64,000 bases of DNA from Eledone cirrhosa. Lineage: Eukaryota. Below the pieces are notes generated by a model. The model did not search any database. It had not been told where the DNA came from and saw only the letters and a list, made by a program, of their open reading frames with translations. A program made the translations under genes and the position numbers. Positions 1 to 12,599 of this stretch are shown piece after piece. How positions within the stretch are numbered: the stretch's first letter is position 1; every line of letters starts with the position of its first letter. The stretch lies in NCBI GenBank assembly GCA_964016885.1, contig OZ024742.1, positions 35,278,001 through 35,342,000 of the forward strand. The letters run 5' to 3'.

Positions 1-1011
1 AATGAAATGATTGGTTGGAGGTTAGAACAGGGTGGAATAATGTTTTTACAGATGTGTATACATGCAATTGTTTATGCGCTGATAGATATAGATATATGTA
101 TGATAGTGTGTGTATATGTGTATGTCATCATCATTTTATGCACACTTTTCACACTGGCATGGGTTGGATAGGTTATCACAGTCCAAGGCCAGATGGGTCA
201 GAACGATCTCATCTTGCTCATTATGTCATATATTTGGCATGGTTACTATGGCTAGATGTATTTTTGTGGCATTAGCACTACCACTTTACAGAGTACACTA
301 GGTGCATTTTAGCATAGCACCAGCACTAACACACTGCAGAGTGTACTGGGTGCATTTTATTGTGGCACCAGTTGATGTATGTATATGTATATATGATAGG
401 ATATGTATATATATATGCACACACACACACACACACACACACTCGTGTGTGTGTGTGTGTGTGTGTGATAGGAAGGACATCCAGCTGTGGAAACCGTGCC
501 AAATCTAGAATGTATGTAAGCAAGATATGGCTTCCAACCCTCTGTTAGGACAGTAACTATGATTAAATGTTGCCAGTTTGGAAAAGTGGATGTTTAATGG
601 CGATAATGATATTTATATGTATCTATATGTGAGTATGCATGTGTATGTTTATCACCCACACAGTTATTTCACCAAACAAGTGCATAAATAACGTCAAGAT
701 CAGCTTTGCCCTTCATACTTCTAGGGTCAATAAAATAAAGTATCAGTCAAATACTGAAGTTGATTTACTTTCCCATCCCACTAAATTGTTGGTCTTCTGC
801 CTGAATTAAAAAACTACTTTTTTTTAATTGTATACTATGTATTCCTAATTTGTATCCTATGTATACTTGTTACCTTTTTTTTCTCATTCCTATGTAAACT
901 CCACCTTCGTGTTGCAACTTGTTTCTGTAATATCTCCTTCAACTGATGCCCTTGTGACAAATAAAATAAATAACCATTGTTATTATTAAGAAGAAAGAAA
1001 GCAGTATTATT

Positions 1012-1500
1012 AAGGGCAGTGGTTTGGCAGTATCAGTAGAGCATCAGACACCATGCTTTGCAGCAAAAAGTTATGCCCCTTTATGATCTGAGTTCAAATC
1101 CTGCCATGGTTAACTTTGCCTTTCATCCTTACGGGGTTGATAAAATAAAGCACCAGTAATACACTGGGGTAATTGCTGGCCTTGTGCCAAAAAGTAGAAA
1201 TTATTGTTATTATTAAGGGCAGTGGTTTGGTAGTATCGGTAGAGCATCAGACACCATGCTTTTCAGCATAGTTATGGCCCTTTACCTTTCAACCTGATGG
1301 GGGTCGATAAAATAAAGCACCAGTAATACACTTGGGTAATTGCTGGCCTTGTGCCAAAAGTAGAAACTGAGTTCAAATCCTGCCGAGGTTAACTTTGCCT
1401 TTCATCCTTACGCGATCGATAAAATAAAGTACCAGTAATCTAATGGGTAGTTGCTGGCCTTGTGCCAATGGTAGAAACAATTATTATTATTATCATTATT
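1012..1500 (+). mobile_element. Tandem cluster of tRNA-derived SINE family A (about 3 partial or complete copies)
   Basis: A-box-like TGGCAGTATCGG, B-box GAGTTCAAATCC, core GTTAACTTTGCCTTTCATCCTTACGGGGTCGATAAAATAAAGTACCAG, (ATT)n tail. More than 12 copies in the window. Confidence 0.85.
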
Positions 1501-1502
1501 AT

Positions 1503-1800
1503 TTTGCCTGTTATCACTGCATTACCAAGCGCAGCTTTCTGCACCTTGGGTATGTATGTGCTGTGTGGTTTTTGGTGATGTTTGTTCTATTGTGTTGAGA
1601 ATAATCTTCGTAATGTGTGTGTGGTGCCTAGTAGTGATATTTTTTGTATGTTATATATATTTGTGAGTCCTGAAGTTTTGGTTATCTACCTGTCTGCGCG
1701 CTTTTTTATCATTCCTAGAGCATTGATAATTATAGGTTTTTGTCTTCAACATCCACATTTGGGTTATTTCTATCTCTAGATCTTTATATTTGGATATTAT
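1503..1800 (-). mobile_element. 3' fragment of Dong/R4-clade non-LTR retrotransposon (restriction-like endonuclease C-terminus)
   Basis: Minus strand reads SKYKDLEIEITQMW...IINALGMIKK...IQKISLLGTTHI, then a 3'UTR and (TAA)n tail. Confidence 0.8.
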
Positions 1801-1807
1801 TATTATT

Positions 1808-1985
1808 AGGATTGGCAGTATCGGTAGAGGGTTAGACGCCATGCTTTGACGCATAGAGTCATGCCATTCTGAGTTCAAATCCCGCCGAGGTTAACTTTGC
1901 CTTTCATCCTTTCGGGGTCGATAAAATAAAGTACCAGTAATACACTGGGTAATTGCTGGCCTTGTGCCAAATGTAGAAACAATAA
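1808..1985 (+). mobile_element. SINE family A
   Basis: Full A/B-box head and core, as at 1012-1500. Confidence 0.85.
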
Positions 1986-2009
1986 TCATTATAATCATTA
2001 TTATTTTCT

Positions 2010-2245
2010 TGGAGTCTCAGTCATTGATGTTATTTCACTGGAAAGTTTGTTCAAATGAACATCAAGTCTCTACCTGCAGCCTCAGATATTCAGGGTTCTT
2101 GCTGTTCCCAGCAAGCATGCCTTTTGAAGTGTTCCAGAAAAGGGTGCTGGACTAATGTTCTTTAACCATCTTTGAAAACTCTTTGAGATAGTAGCTAGTG
2201 CTCCTATGACAATCAGGAAAACTTTGATCTCATGACAGTCCCAAT
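2010..2245 (-). mobile_element. 3' fragment of a second Dong/R4-like LINE family (shorter copy at about 29515-29595)
   Basis: Minus strand reads [25 protein letters not shown]...LQKACLLGTARTL, with a (TAA)n-like tail. The 3'UTR recurs at about 29515. Confidence 0.7.
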
Positions 2246-2527
2246 TATCATTATTTCCTGTTTACCCACATCTCAACTGATTTTTTTCCTTTTATGGAAT
2301 TCTTTTGAAATTAGGGCTATCAGCAAATTAATGGGATCCAATGGGCTATTTATTTTCATCATCCAACTAAAACTTATCATTTTTTTATGTTTTCTGCATG
2401 GTTCTACCACCATTGTCATCTCATTTACCATCTCCACTCCCCACTTATTTCATTTCACCTTTTGTCTCACCTCTCGTCTCCTTTTTCCTCTAATCTCATG
2501 CTTCGTACTTCTGTCTTTGTTTTCCAG

Positions 2528-2633
2528 AAAGAAGTTTAAAACCCGGTCGGGAGACACTGTACGTCTGCTAGACTTACTCCAGGAAGGGATCAGCCGTGCT
2601 GAAGCAAAGCTACACGAAAAGGGACGTCATGAG
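2528..2633 (+). CDS. RARS1: Cytoplasmic arginyl-tRNA synthetase, internal coding exon (KFKTRSG, the KMSKS-equivalent loop)
   Basis: Polypyrimidine tract with ttccag acceptor and gag|gtaaat donor. Translates [35 protein letters not shown], matching metazoan ArgRS (human [17 protein letters not shown], recalled). Phase is compatible with the next exon. Confidence 0.95.
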
Positions 2634-5032
2634 GTAAATACTGATCCTTTTTTTTCTTCAAATTTTATTTCCCAGGTCTTGCAGAAGGGACAATGCCCTT
2701 AGACTGTGCAGGTCCTCTCAGGCTGGTTATATTGATGCTGTTGCCCTTCTCTGTAACCCTTCTCACACCAATCTGCTTGAAACCACTCCTGGTTCTATAA
2801 TATTGAGTTGTTTATTTTAAAGGGTTTATATTTATCTAAAAACTTTCCATTGTATGATAATGTATGTACACGTATGGGCAGACATACACATGCTTACATA
2901 TCAACTCACATATACACATTGATGCAAACTTACTCACTAGCATACATGTGCATTTACTTATACACATACACACTAACTCTCTCATATACATATAAACTCA
3001 CACATGTACACACGCACACGCACACACACACACACCGATGTGAATACACAGATATATATGTGCACACTGACAAACATGCATGCATCTATTGATGCACATA
3101 TGCATATGTGGTGTGCAGTGTGCACGGTAAAGAACTGCTTGGATGTCTATCAGGGTCGGTGCAATAGATAGATGCAAGGAATCAAATGCAGCAGATCAAA
3201 CACACACACATGGTGGTGCTGATGGTGGAGAGGATTGTTGTTGGTGGTGGTGACAGCGATGGAGTTGGTGATTGTAATCAGATATGATATTAACGGCATG
3301 GTGGTGAAGGGATGGAATGAATGATTCAGTGTGGAGGAGATGCACATTGGGAGGCAGGCAAGAGGGGAATGGTGCTGTGTTGGGAAGGCACTGGGCAGGA
3401 CAGGAGATGTTGGGTTTGAAGAAAGAAATAGAATGAAAGAATGTATGTATATGTTAGTGTGTGTACATGTATGCAGATAACTGCGTGTGCTTGTGTCCAT
3501 ATATATATGATTACATAGCTCTATGTGGGAGAAGGGATGCTGTGTTTGTATGTTACTAAATGTGTATACACACTTGTGTGTTTGAATATGTGTATGTGTA
3601 TGCATATATTCACATATATATAAGCACCAGTGTGTATGCATGTATGCACATGTCTGTCAGTGAGTGCATGTTTGTGTGTATTTATGTGTGATTGTATTCA
3701 TATGTGTATGTGTTTGTGCGTGTATGTATATATGTGTCATTGAGTGTATAAACACATACATATAGACTATATATGTATATGTGTGTATGTTACTGAACAT
3801 GTATACATGTTTGAGTGCATGTGCATTCTTCAGTGATTGCTTATACACATTTGTGTATATGTGTGTGTGTGTGTGTGCTTGTATGCATTTGTATATATGT
3901 GTATTTATATCTATTCATGTGTGTGCTTGTATACATGTGTGTATATGTGTATTTATATCTATATATGTGTATGTTTATATGCATTTGTGTATATGTGTAT
4001 TTATATCTATGTATGTGTGTGCTTGTATGCATTTGTGTATATGTGTATTTATATCTGTGTATGTGTGTGCTTGTATACATGTGTATATATGTGTATTTAT
4101 ATCTATGTGTGTGCTTGTATGCATGTGTGTCAATGAGTATCTGTGGTGATGGTGGTGTGGAATATTGATCAGAGGTGGAGATATTTTTCCAGGTAAATTT
4201 CAAAAGATTTCTTCCAAATCAATTGTTTTGAAGTGGAGATGGATGTAGGGTTGGGGAGGGGGAGATGAAAGATGAAATAGGAAAGAAAGGAAGGAGAGGG
4301 GATGGATATGGAAGGAAGAGAAAAAGAAGAAATAAGGTAACATGATGTGGGAATAGGGAGAGGTAAAAGAACATGAGAGAAGGGTAATAGAAGTGGTTTG
4401 GGAGTAGATACACTTATACTCACACACATAGACACTTCATCTTCATCATCATTTTGCATCTACTTTCCATGCTGGCATAAGTTGGTCAGGTTCTTACAGT
4501 CTGAGACCAGATGAGTCAGAACAATCCATTGTGGTACATTGCATATTTGGCATGGTTTCTACAGGTAGACACCCTCCTTAATGCCAACCACCTTACAAGG
4601 TGTACTAGGTGCATTTTCTTGTGACATCAGCACTATCACTTCACTGAGTGGACTGGGTATGTTTTATCATGGCACTAACACTTTACAGTGTATACTGGTA
4701 CCTGCACTAGTGAAGTTGTCACAAGCTAGGCCATATCTAAGACTGTATTATAGCACATCATCAGGCTGCTTGGTCATGTGTCCTCCTTCGTCTCTCTCTT
4801 CCACAGGATCCATCTACCTCAGGCTTTCAGCATTTTCTTTATAGAACTCCTGATCATCATACACATCTGCACAGTTGTTTTTTTTTGCTTATTATATCCA
4901 GTTCCTCTTTTACTTAGCATTTTTCTCAACTTACTTGTGCTTTGTCATTCAACCACACTGGCATTACACATCTAACAAAGTATGTATGCATACTGCATTT
5001 TTTTTTTTGTATATATATATATATATATGTAT

Positions 5033-5063
<31 letters not shown>

Positions 5064-5119
5064 CACATACATCATCATCATCATCATCATTTAACGTCCA
5101 TCTTCCATGCTAGCATAAT

Positions 5120-5358
5120 ATAATGTATAGAAATAAACACACAAAGAAGTGTGTTTTGAATTACATCGGTCGGAAACCACTCTGGTGCTATGCATATAAT
5201 CTATTACAAAAGGAAAATAAATAATAACCGGAAAAAATGAATTAAAATGTACTAACCATTTCAATAACTATTAAACTCTTGGACAAACTACAGTTAGTGT
5301 TTGTTTCCGACCCATGTAATTCAAAACACTTCTTTGTGTGTTTATTTCTATATATTAT
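5120..5358. repeat. About 55-bp inverted repeat pair with spacer
   Basis: ataatgtatagaaataaacacacaaagaagtgtgttttgaattacatcggtcggaaac pairs with gtttccgacccatgtaattcaaaacacttctttgtgtgtttatttctatatattat. Confidence 0.8.
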
Positions 5359-5446
5359 ATCATAAAGAGCCCAGTTTATATACTTTGAGCTCCTTAATTA
5401 CAGGGTATTAACGCGAGTTTTTAACTCCGTTTTTCATTTGCATACA

Positions 5447-5788
5447 CATTCATTTCATTTTCATTTCATTTTACGTCCGCTTTTTCCCTGCTTGCAAGGG
5501 TGGGACGGGAACTGATTCTGGCTTGATTTCTACAGCTGGATGCCCTTCCTAACACCAACCTCATTTACAGTGAGTGCTGGGTACTTTTTTGCCATGGCAC
5601 CTCTACGACCACTTTGCAGTGGAATGATTTGGACCCCAGTCTCTATCATCTCATTTCTACAGCTGAGTAAACTGGAGCAATGTGAAATAAAGTGTCTTGC
5701 TCAAGGAAACAACACATCACCCAGTCCGAGAATTGAACTCACAACCTTTCGATTGCAAGGCCAATGCTCTAACCACTAAGCCATGTGC

Positions 5789-5790
<2 letters not shown>
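5447..5790 (-). mobile_element. tRNA-derived SINE family B with RTE-type 3' tail
   Basis: Reverse complement of the copy at 20880-21222. Its 5' end abuts a (TA)n tract. Confidence 0.85.
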
Positions 5791-5885
<95 letters not shown>

Positions 5886-6501
5886 AGCTGGCACTTCATC
5901 AGTTACAACAACAAGTGCTCCAGTAGATACAATCAACCGAACAACCTGCTCGTAAAATTAACATGCAAGTTACTGAGCATTCCAGAAACACTCATACCCT
6001 TAATGTAGTTCTCAGGGAGATTCTGCATGACACAGAATGTGACAAGGCTGGCCCTTCGAATTACAGATACAACTCACTTTTGCCAGCTGAGTGGACTAGA
6101 GCAACATTAAATAAAGTGTCTTGCTCAAGGACAAAAACCCTACCAGAAATCGAACTCATGACCTTACCTTTATGAACCAAATACCCTAACCACATATATA
6201 TCCAGGGCTTTCTCACTCCTGTTGGAGGAACCGTCCTGCTTTCTGTTTGGTTTTCGTCATGTCAGGGGTGTAGCGGTACTCACCACACTTGGCCAATTGT
6301 GGGGTGGTGAGGCTATATAACCCATAGATGAGGTGGATGGCCATCGACACTGAGGAGTTCATCTTGGTTTTTGTGTTTGTAGGGGTTCCACTTACTCCCC
6401 TCACCAGACCAATGTCTGATGAAGGAGCCAGTTTAGTCGACAACCACTCAACCATGAAGCAGGTTGTACTTGATTGCATCGTACCAGTAGCAGGCAGAAG
6501 C

Positions 6502-6534
<33 letters not shown>

Positions 6535-6572
6535 ATTAAATAAATGGAAAACTATATTTATAAAACCATATT

Positions 6573-6638
6573 TATTTCATTATATATATTTCGGGGATAT
6601 CATATTAACAATATGCTATGCCTTCATCAGACAAAATA
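6573..6638 (-). ncRNA. Type I hammerhead ribozyme (mirror copy of 6798-6863)
   Basis: Exact reverse complement within the palindrome. Confidence 0.75.
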
Positions 6639-6797
6639 CAATATAAACAGTTTTATAGACAAATAGGTTCGACATACCGTTATAACACCGACTTCATTTG
6701 AAGAGGTTTACTCTGACAGCCAGAGTAAACCTCTTCAAATGAAGTCGGTGTTATAACGGTATGTCGAACCTATTTGTCTATAAAACTGTTTATATTG

Positions 6798-6863
6798 TAT
6801 TTTGTCTGATGAAGGCATAGCATATTGTTAATATGATATCCCCGAAATATATATAATGAAATA
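6798..6863 (+). ncRNA. Type I hammerhead ribozyme (Penelope-type, palindromic helix III)
   Basis: UAUUUUGU-CUGAUGA-helix II (CAUAUU/AAUAUG core)-GAAA-UAUAUA-UA^-AUGAAAUA. Helix I has 8 bp including 2 G-U pairs. Confidence 0.8.
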
Positions 6864-7119
6864 AATATGGTTTTATAAATATAGTTTTCCATTTATTTAA
6901 TATTGTAAATATACTCCAAATATTTGTCGAGTGCTTTTATACCAGTTATAAATATTTACTAGTTGTAACCCAACAATTTTAAATATAACTTTCCATATAT
7001 ATATATATATAGGCTTCTGCCTGCTACAGCTTTGTTAATAAAGGGCTCTTTAACATCTACACCAAATTTTGCATTTTCCTTATTCTATATATATATATAT
7101 ATGTATGTATATGTGTATA

Positions 7120-7670
7120 TGGTGGCTGCCAACTCGTTTTCGAGTACGGCCACTACTTTATATCCATGTAGGAGAACCCCTACCGATGCGCTGAACGAGT
7201 GTGACTTTTTAGTCCAGCCAGCGACTTGAAAACTCTCGTACAAACACTACACTTGTGACAATTACTGACACATAGTGCTGGGCCCATGGCACCATGTGAT
7301 GACAAGTGCAGAGAGATCTCCAGATATAATGCAATGCCTGTGCCGTGAAGCTTTTATAGTGAGCAAAGGCACTGCACAAAGCCAGTCCCACTCTCTTAAC
7401 CAAGATGATATTTACCAAAAAGAAGTACAATTCAACATCATTGGATACCATCAGGATTGCAGGTGTTATATCAGAGTTTTCCTTCTAGAATTCTGTCTTG
7501 ACAAAGGCTAAGAGGTCATCTTTCCCGGTGATTTTGGATGGCCATTGACTCTTAAGAGCTCCTTTGCCCTTTGACAGGTTTTGTTTTTAGTCCTGCAGGA
7601 TGTCCAAAGTCACCCTCCTCACCAAGAAACCTTGGTGGGGTTGCCAGTTTAGTCGCCAACGACCCGACCA
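7120..7670 (-). mobile_element. RTE/BovB-like LINE remnant with C-terminal C2H2 finger (3' part duplicated at 9301-9626)
   Basis: Minus strand reads HKCSVCTRVFKSLAGLKSHTRSAHR*, then a short 3'UTR ending at an (AT)/(ATAC) repeat. Confidence 0.65.
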
Positions 7671-7909
7671 TGTATGTATATATATACATATATACATACA
7701 TATATATAGAGTTAAAGAGTCCTTTATTAACAAAGCTGTGCTACATATTTCAATGACAATCACGGCTATGTGATTGTTCAATCATGTAACCAGTCATGTG
7801 ATGTCATCAGGCAGCATCTTTTCCAATCTAAAGACAAGAGAATGAACAGAAATTATGTTTTCATAGCCAAAGTCTGTTCCCTTAGTTTAGATTGGATTCT
7901 ACTAGATAC

Positions 7910-8247
7910 TATCATCATCATCATTTTACGTCCGCTTTTCCCTGCTTGCAAGGGTGGGACGGGAACTGATTCTGGCTTGATTTCTACAGCTGGATGCCCT
8001 TCCTAACACCAACCTCATTTACAGTGAGTGCTGGGTGCTTTTTTTCTGTGGCGCCTACCCAACCACTTTACAGTGTGGGCTGAGTGCTTTTTTTTCCGTG
8101 GCACCTCCACGACCACTTTACAGTGGAATAATAAGGACCCCAGTCCCTATCATCTCATTTCTACAGCTGAGTAAACTGGAGCAATGTGAAATAAAGTGTC
8201 TTGCTCAAGGAAACAAGACACTTTATTTCACATTGCTCCAGTTTACT
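7910..8247 (-). mobile_element. SINE family B, partial
   Basis: Same core (GAGCAAGACACTTTATTTCACATTGCTCCAG) and RTE-type tail with (GAT)n. Confidence 0.75.
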
Positions 8248-9244
8248 CATATGTATATATGTAAATATATGTGTGTGTGTGTGATAAAATGCACCCAGTA
8301 CATTGTGTATGGTGGTTGGTATTATGAAGGGCATTCAACCATAGAAACCTTGCTAAATACGTATCAGCAGGGTGAGGTCATTCCGACTCATGAGAGCTTG
8401 GAAAGAGAACTTAAAACGATGCTAACATGCATATATCCATGTTTATGTACAAGTATGTGTGTATTTGCTTGTCTCTACTCTGTGTATTTAATATCGCAGG
8501 TTGTTAAATTAGTTTAAGTTCCATGTAAACAGAGTTCCCATTGCTCAGCATAGGAACGATTGACTTTCGTCAAATCGGACCAAGGAAACAATGTTTCCAT
8601 TGATCTTTCCAGTTGCTAATACTATCTATCGGTCGTAACTCCAGATAGAAGGAGCAACGTGAAATAAAGTGTCTTGCTCAAGGACACAATGCATCGCCCG
8701 GTGCAAGAATTGAACTCACAACCTCACAATTGCAAATCCAATTCTCTAACCACTCAGCCACACGCCTTCACTATACTGCTCAGTATTTAGATGTATAAAA
8801 ATCTGTTCTTTACTATAGAATACTGCCCCAAAAACTATATCATCCAACCCATGCCAGTATGAAAATATAGATACGAAAACTGATTATGACGATGATATAT
8901 ATAAATTGTTAGGGTCAGAAGGCAAAATATATGCTGACAATGATGATGATGTATAAATAATTCTAAGGGTCAAAAGGCAGCTATCATCTTATAAATAAAC
9001 ATCAAAGATGTCAGGCTATCTGCCCACATTAACATATGGATTGCAAAATATTCAGTGCAATTGCCAAATTTATGATTATAAGGTGTTCATTTTTTTTTGT
9101 AATCAATCACAGGTACATAATTATATATATATACACACACACATGTGTGTGTGTTAGTGTACATATATGTATACATACGTTTTTGTCTGTGTACATACAT
9201 ATATACCCCCCCCCCCCCACAAACACTATATATATATATATTTA

Positions 9245-9289
<45 letters not shown>

Positions 9290-9664
9290 ATATATATATA
9301 TGGTGGTTGCCAACTCGTTTTCGAGTACGGCCACTACTTTATATCCATGTAGGAGAACCCCTACCGATGTACTGAACGAGTGTGACTCTTTAGTCCAGCC
9401 AGTGACTTGAAATCTCTCGTACAAACACTACACTTGTGACAATTATTGACACATAGTGCTGGGCCCATGGTACCATGTGACGACAAGTGCAGAGAGATCT
9501 CCAGATATAAAGCAATGCCTGTGCCGTGAAGCTTTTATAGTGGGCACTGCACAAAGCCAGTCCCACTCTCTTTACCAAGATGATATTTACCAAAAAGAAG
9601 AACAAGTCAACATCATTGGATACCATGCAAGCAGGGAGAAGCGGACGTAAAATGATGATGATGA

Positions 9665-9709
<45 letters not shown>

Positions 9710-10035
9710 TGTATATAGTTATATATATATATATATATATGCGTGTGTATATATATGTATATATATATATATATAATATGTATGTAGTGCTTGTGGGGGG
9801 GGGGGCGTATATATGTATGTACACAGACATGTGGGCATCCAGCTGTAGAAATCAAGCCAGAATCAGTTCCCGTCCCACCCTTGCAAGCAGGGAAAAGCGG
9901 ATGTAAAATGATGAAGAAGAAGTACACAGACAAAAAACGTATGTATACATATATGTACACTAACACACACACACACACACACACACGTATGCATATATGT
10001 ATACTAACACACACACACGTGTGTGTATATATATA

Positions 10036-10198
10036 TAACGCACCAGAATACTCAATACTTAGGGTAGTAGAGTGGGTAATAGGAAAATGTTCAAGACCCC
10101 GACGGCAGAGCTCAAGCCGTTTCGATGGCTATTTCTGGACTGAAATAGTCGTCGAAACGGCTTGAGCTCTGCCGTCGGGGTCTTGAAAATTTTCCTAT
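10036..10198 (-). mobile_element. Penelope-like terminal fragment (family B) with palindrome 10079-10198 centred on hammerhead helix II
   Basis: Contains GAAA-CGGC-UUGAGCUCU-GCCG-UC-GGGGUC (hammerhead 3' half) on both arms. Flanked by (TA)n. Homologues at 45881-46005 and 47575-47775. Confidence 0.7.
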
Positions 10199-10591
10199 AT
10201 ATATATATATCAATGTATCATTCTGTCCACTTCAAGATGAATTATGAGAACCTACATTGACCCTGGAAGAATTCCAACTGCAAACAGCGTACCACTGCTC
10301 TCACAAAAGGACCGCAGTGACTACTTAACACTTCAATGATTTGCATAATTTTGCATACTAATGAAGATACATGGTGATTAGGGACAACAGGTTAAAGAGT
10401 TAATCTAATACACCATATATATTTACATGAGAGATTAATGGTAAGAACAGGATTTGGATATTGTTGTTGTTAATGTTATCCAATGCTTTTGAGGAGGGTG
10501 TGAAGCTGCTACTGCCACTGCTAACATCACCAACAACAACATTGCTATTTCTACTGCCACCACTACCATTGCTATTAGTATTACATTACTA

Positions 10592-10796
10592 TGGTTTCTG
10601 ATTTAGGCACAAGGCCAGCAATTTTCGGGGAGGGGAAAGTCGATTAAATCTACTCCAGTGCATTACTGGTGCTTTTTTTTATCGACCCCTTAAGGATGAA
10701 AAGCTAAGTTGACCTTGGCGGGATTTGAACTCACAACATAAAGGACTTGCAAAGCATGCTGTCCAACGCTCTACCAATACTGCCAATCCACCTCCC
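10592..10796 (-). mobile_element. SINE family A (diverged)
   Basis: Reverse complement of the family A head and core. Confidence 0.75.
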
Positions 10797-11348
10797 ACAA
10801 CATTACTATTAGTACCACCATTACTACCTCCACCAGCACTACCACATTCACTACTATTCTGCTTCTCTTTATTATTTCAAGACCCATCTGTTTGTACTAA
10901 ACCGCCAACATACTTATCTACAAAAGTTGGATCTAACATAATTGATGTTGTCAATTAAAAAATTTAAATTATTTAAAAATGAGACGAAGGATGTAATGAT
11001 TTAGCAGAATATATCTAAACCTGGCTTTGTTATTGCAGATGTTTATAGTGTCTTTTCTGGAAGATAGATCTTTGTGAAAATTTACACTATGAGAGTAAAT
11101 ACTTCAATTTTTTTTTGTCATGCTGTCATAGGTCTCTTTTGTACTTTTTAATAATGTTTTACTTATTTGGTTTATGTGATAGTGGACATTAAGTTTATGA
11201 AGTGGCTTGTCATCATTTTATGTCTACTTTCTGTGCTGACATGGCTATTGGGTCCAGTGAAACAGGGAAGAAAACACTGCAATTTGAAATACTAGAATTG
11301 TTTTCAACACACTGATGTGTCTATCAGTATATTATTATAAACGTGCAA

Positions 11349-11540
11349 AGGGTGGTGGATTGTATTGGTAGAGGGTCAAACGCCATGCTTTTTAGCATGG
11401 AGTTATGACCCTTTACGGTCTGAGTTCAAATCCTGCTGAGGTTAACTTTGCCTTTTATCCTTACGGGGTCGATAAAATAAAGCACCAGTAATGCACTGGG
11501 ATAATTGCTGGCCTTGTGCCAAACGTAGAAACAATTATTA
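11349..11540 (+). mobile_element. SINE family A
   Basis: Full head and core with (ATT) tail. Confidence 0.85.
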
Positions 11541-12314
11541 TAAATGACAAATACAGACACACTTACAAAAATACACCACTCAGACATACATTCACACAAA
11601 CACATACATTTACACTAACACACACTCATTATCACCCTTTCCTTTCTCAGTCATCTCTAGTGTGTGACAGAAGGACAGAAGTCGCTCAAATTTATATATA
11701 GATTTAAAATTAATTAAACATGTTAAGTAATTTGTGTTAGGAAGAGCATCCAGCTGTAGCAATCAATATTTGGCATGGTCTGCAGCTGGATGCATATCCT
11801 AATACCAACCACCTTACAGGTTGTACTTGGTGCATTTTATCAAGGAACCAGCACTAGAGAAGTTGTCACACGTGTATATATGTCATCATCATTTTACAGC
11901 CAATTACCACATTGGCATAAATTTGACAGGTTTTCACGGTACGAAGCTAGATGAGCCAGAGCAACCTCATTTTACTCAACACATGCTTGTGTGTGTGTTT
12001 ATGTATGTATATAATGTTATACACATATATGTACGTGTTGTTTACAGGATGTTTATGAAAAACATTTGACAGCTTTCCACTGTGAATTTTTTTAGATTGT
12101 GACCACCATACATCCTTAGTTTCAGCAAAAACCCGGGGAAGCAACTAATAGCGTTGTTTCTCATTTGTTGGTGGTTGTCAAGTAAGCATATCAACCTACT
12201 TTCAGATGAGATGACAATAAGCTAGAATGTTATAGATTTCTTGCCTATGTATATGAGCTGATGAAACTCATTTGCATATGGAGCAATAGCTAGCCAGGCT
12301 TAAATTTAGAAACA

Positions 12315-12369
<55 letters not shown>

Positions 12370-12400
12370 ATAAATTTGCTGGTATTCAATATATTGAATA

Positions 12401-12523
12401 CTGGAAAGTCTTACACGTGTTTCAGTGCATTATGTAATCGGCCTATGAGACCTACATTAGTACCTAATCCATTATTTCCCATTGCTCAATAGTACTTAAT
12501 GTGTTTCTTCAGAGAAAACCCAG
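12401..12523 (-). ncRNA. Hammerhead-like ribozyme with extended helix II
   Basis: Minus strand: CUGG-GUUU-UCU-CUGAAGA-[about 80 nt, CAUUA...UAAUG]-GAAA-CACGUG-UA^-AGA-CUUU-CCAG. The base of helix II is imperfect. Confidence 0.6.
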
Positions 12524-12563
12524 GGAAAAAATGTGTTTGTGTGTGTATGTACATATGTGTGTG

Positions 12564-12599
<36 letters not shown>

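Larger units (their letters stand above)
6529..6907. repeat. Perfect palindrome (about 187-bp arms, 5-nt loop acagc) of Penelope-like terminal sequence, with a hammerhead on each strand
   Basis: Arms are exact reverse complements centred on 6718. The element is flanked by (TA)n. Homologous sequence lies at 40250-40490 and 52940-53150. Confidence 0.9.

Noticed and set aside
5160-5195. Hammerhead half (GAAA-CCA-CTC-TGG-TG) in the 5.1-kb inverted repeat
   Set aside because: No CUGANGA, and the cleavage position would be G. Too degenerate to call.
6390-6502. Possible HDV-like ribozyme at an RTE-like 5' end (CGACTAAACTGGC motif, also near 7640-7660, minus)
   Set aside because: The motif is shared, but P1/P2 pairings could not be established by eye.
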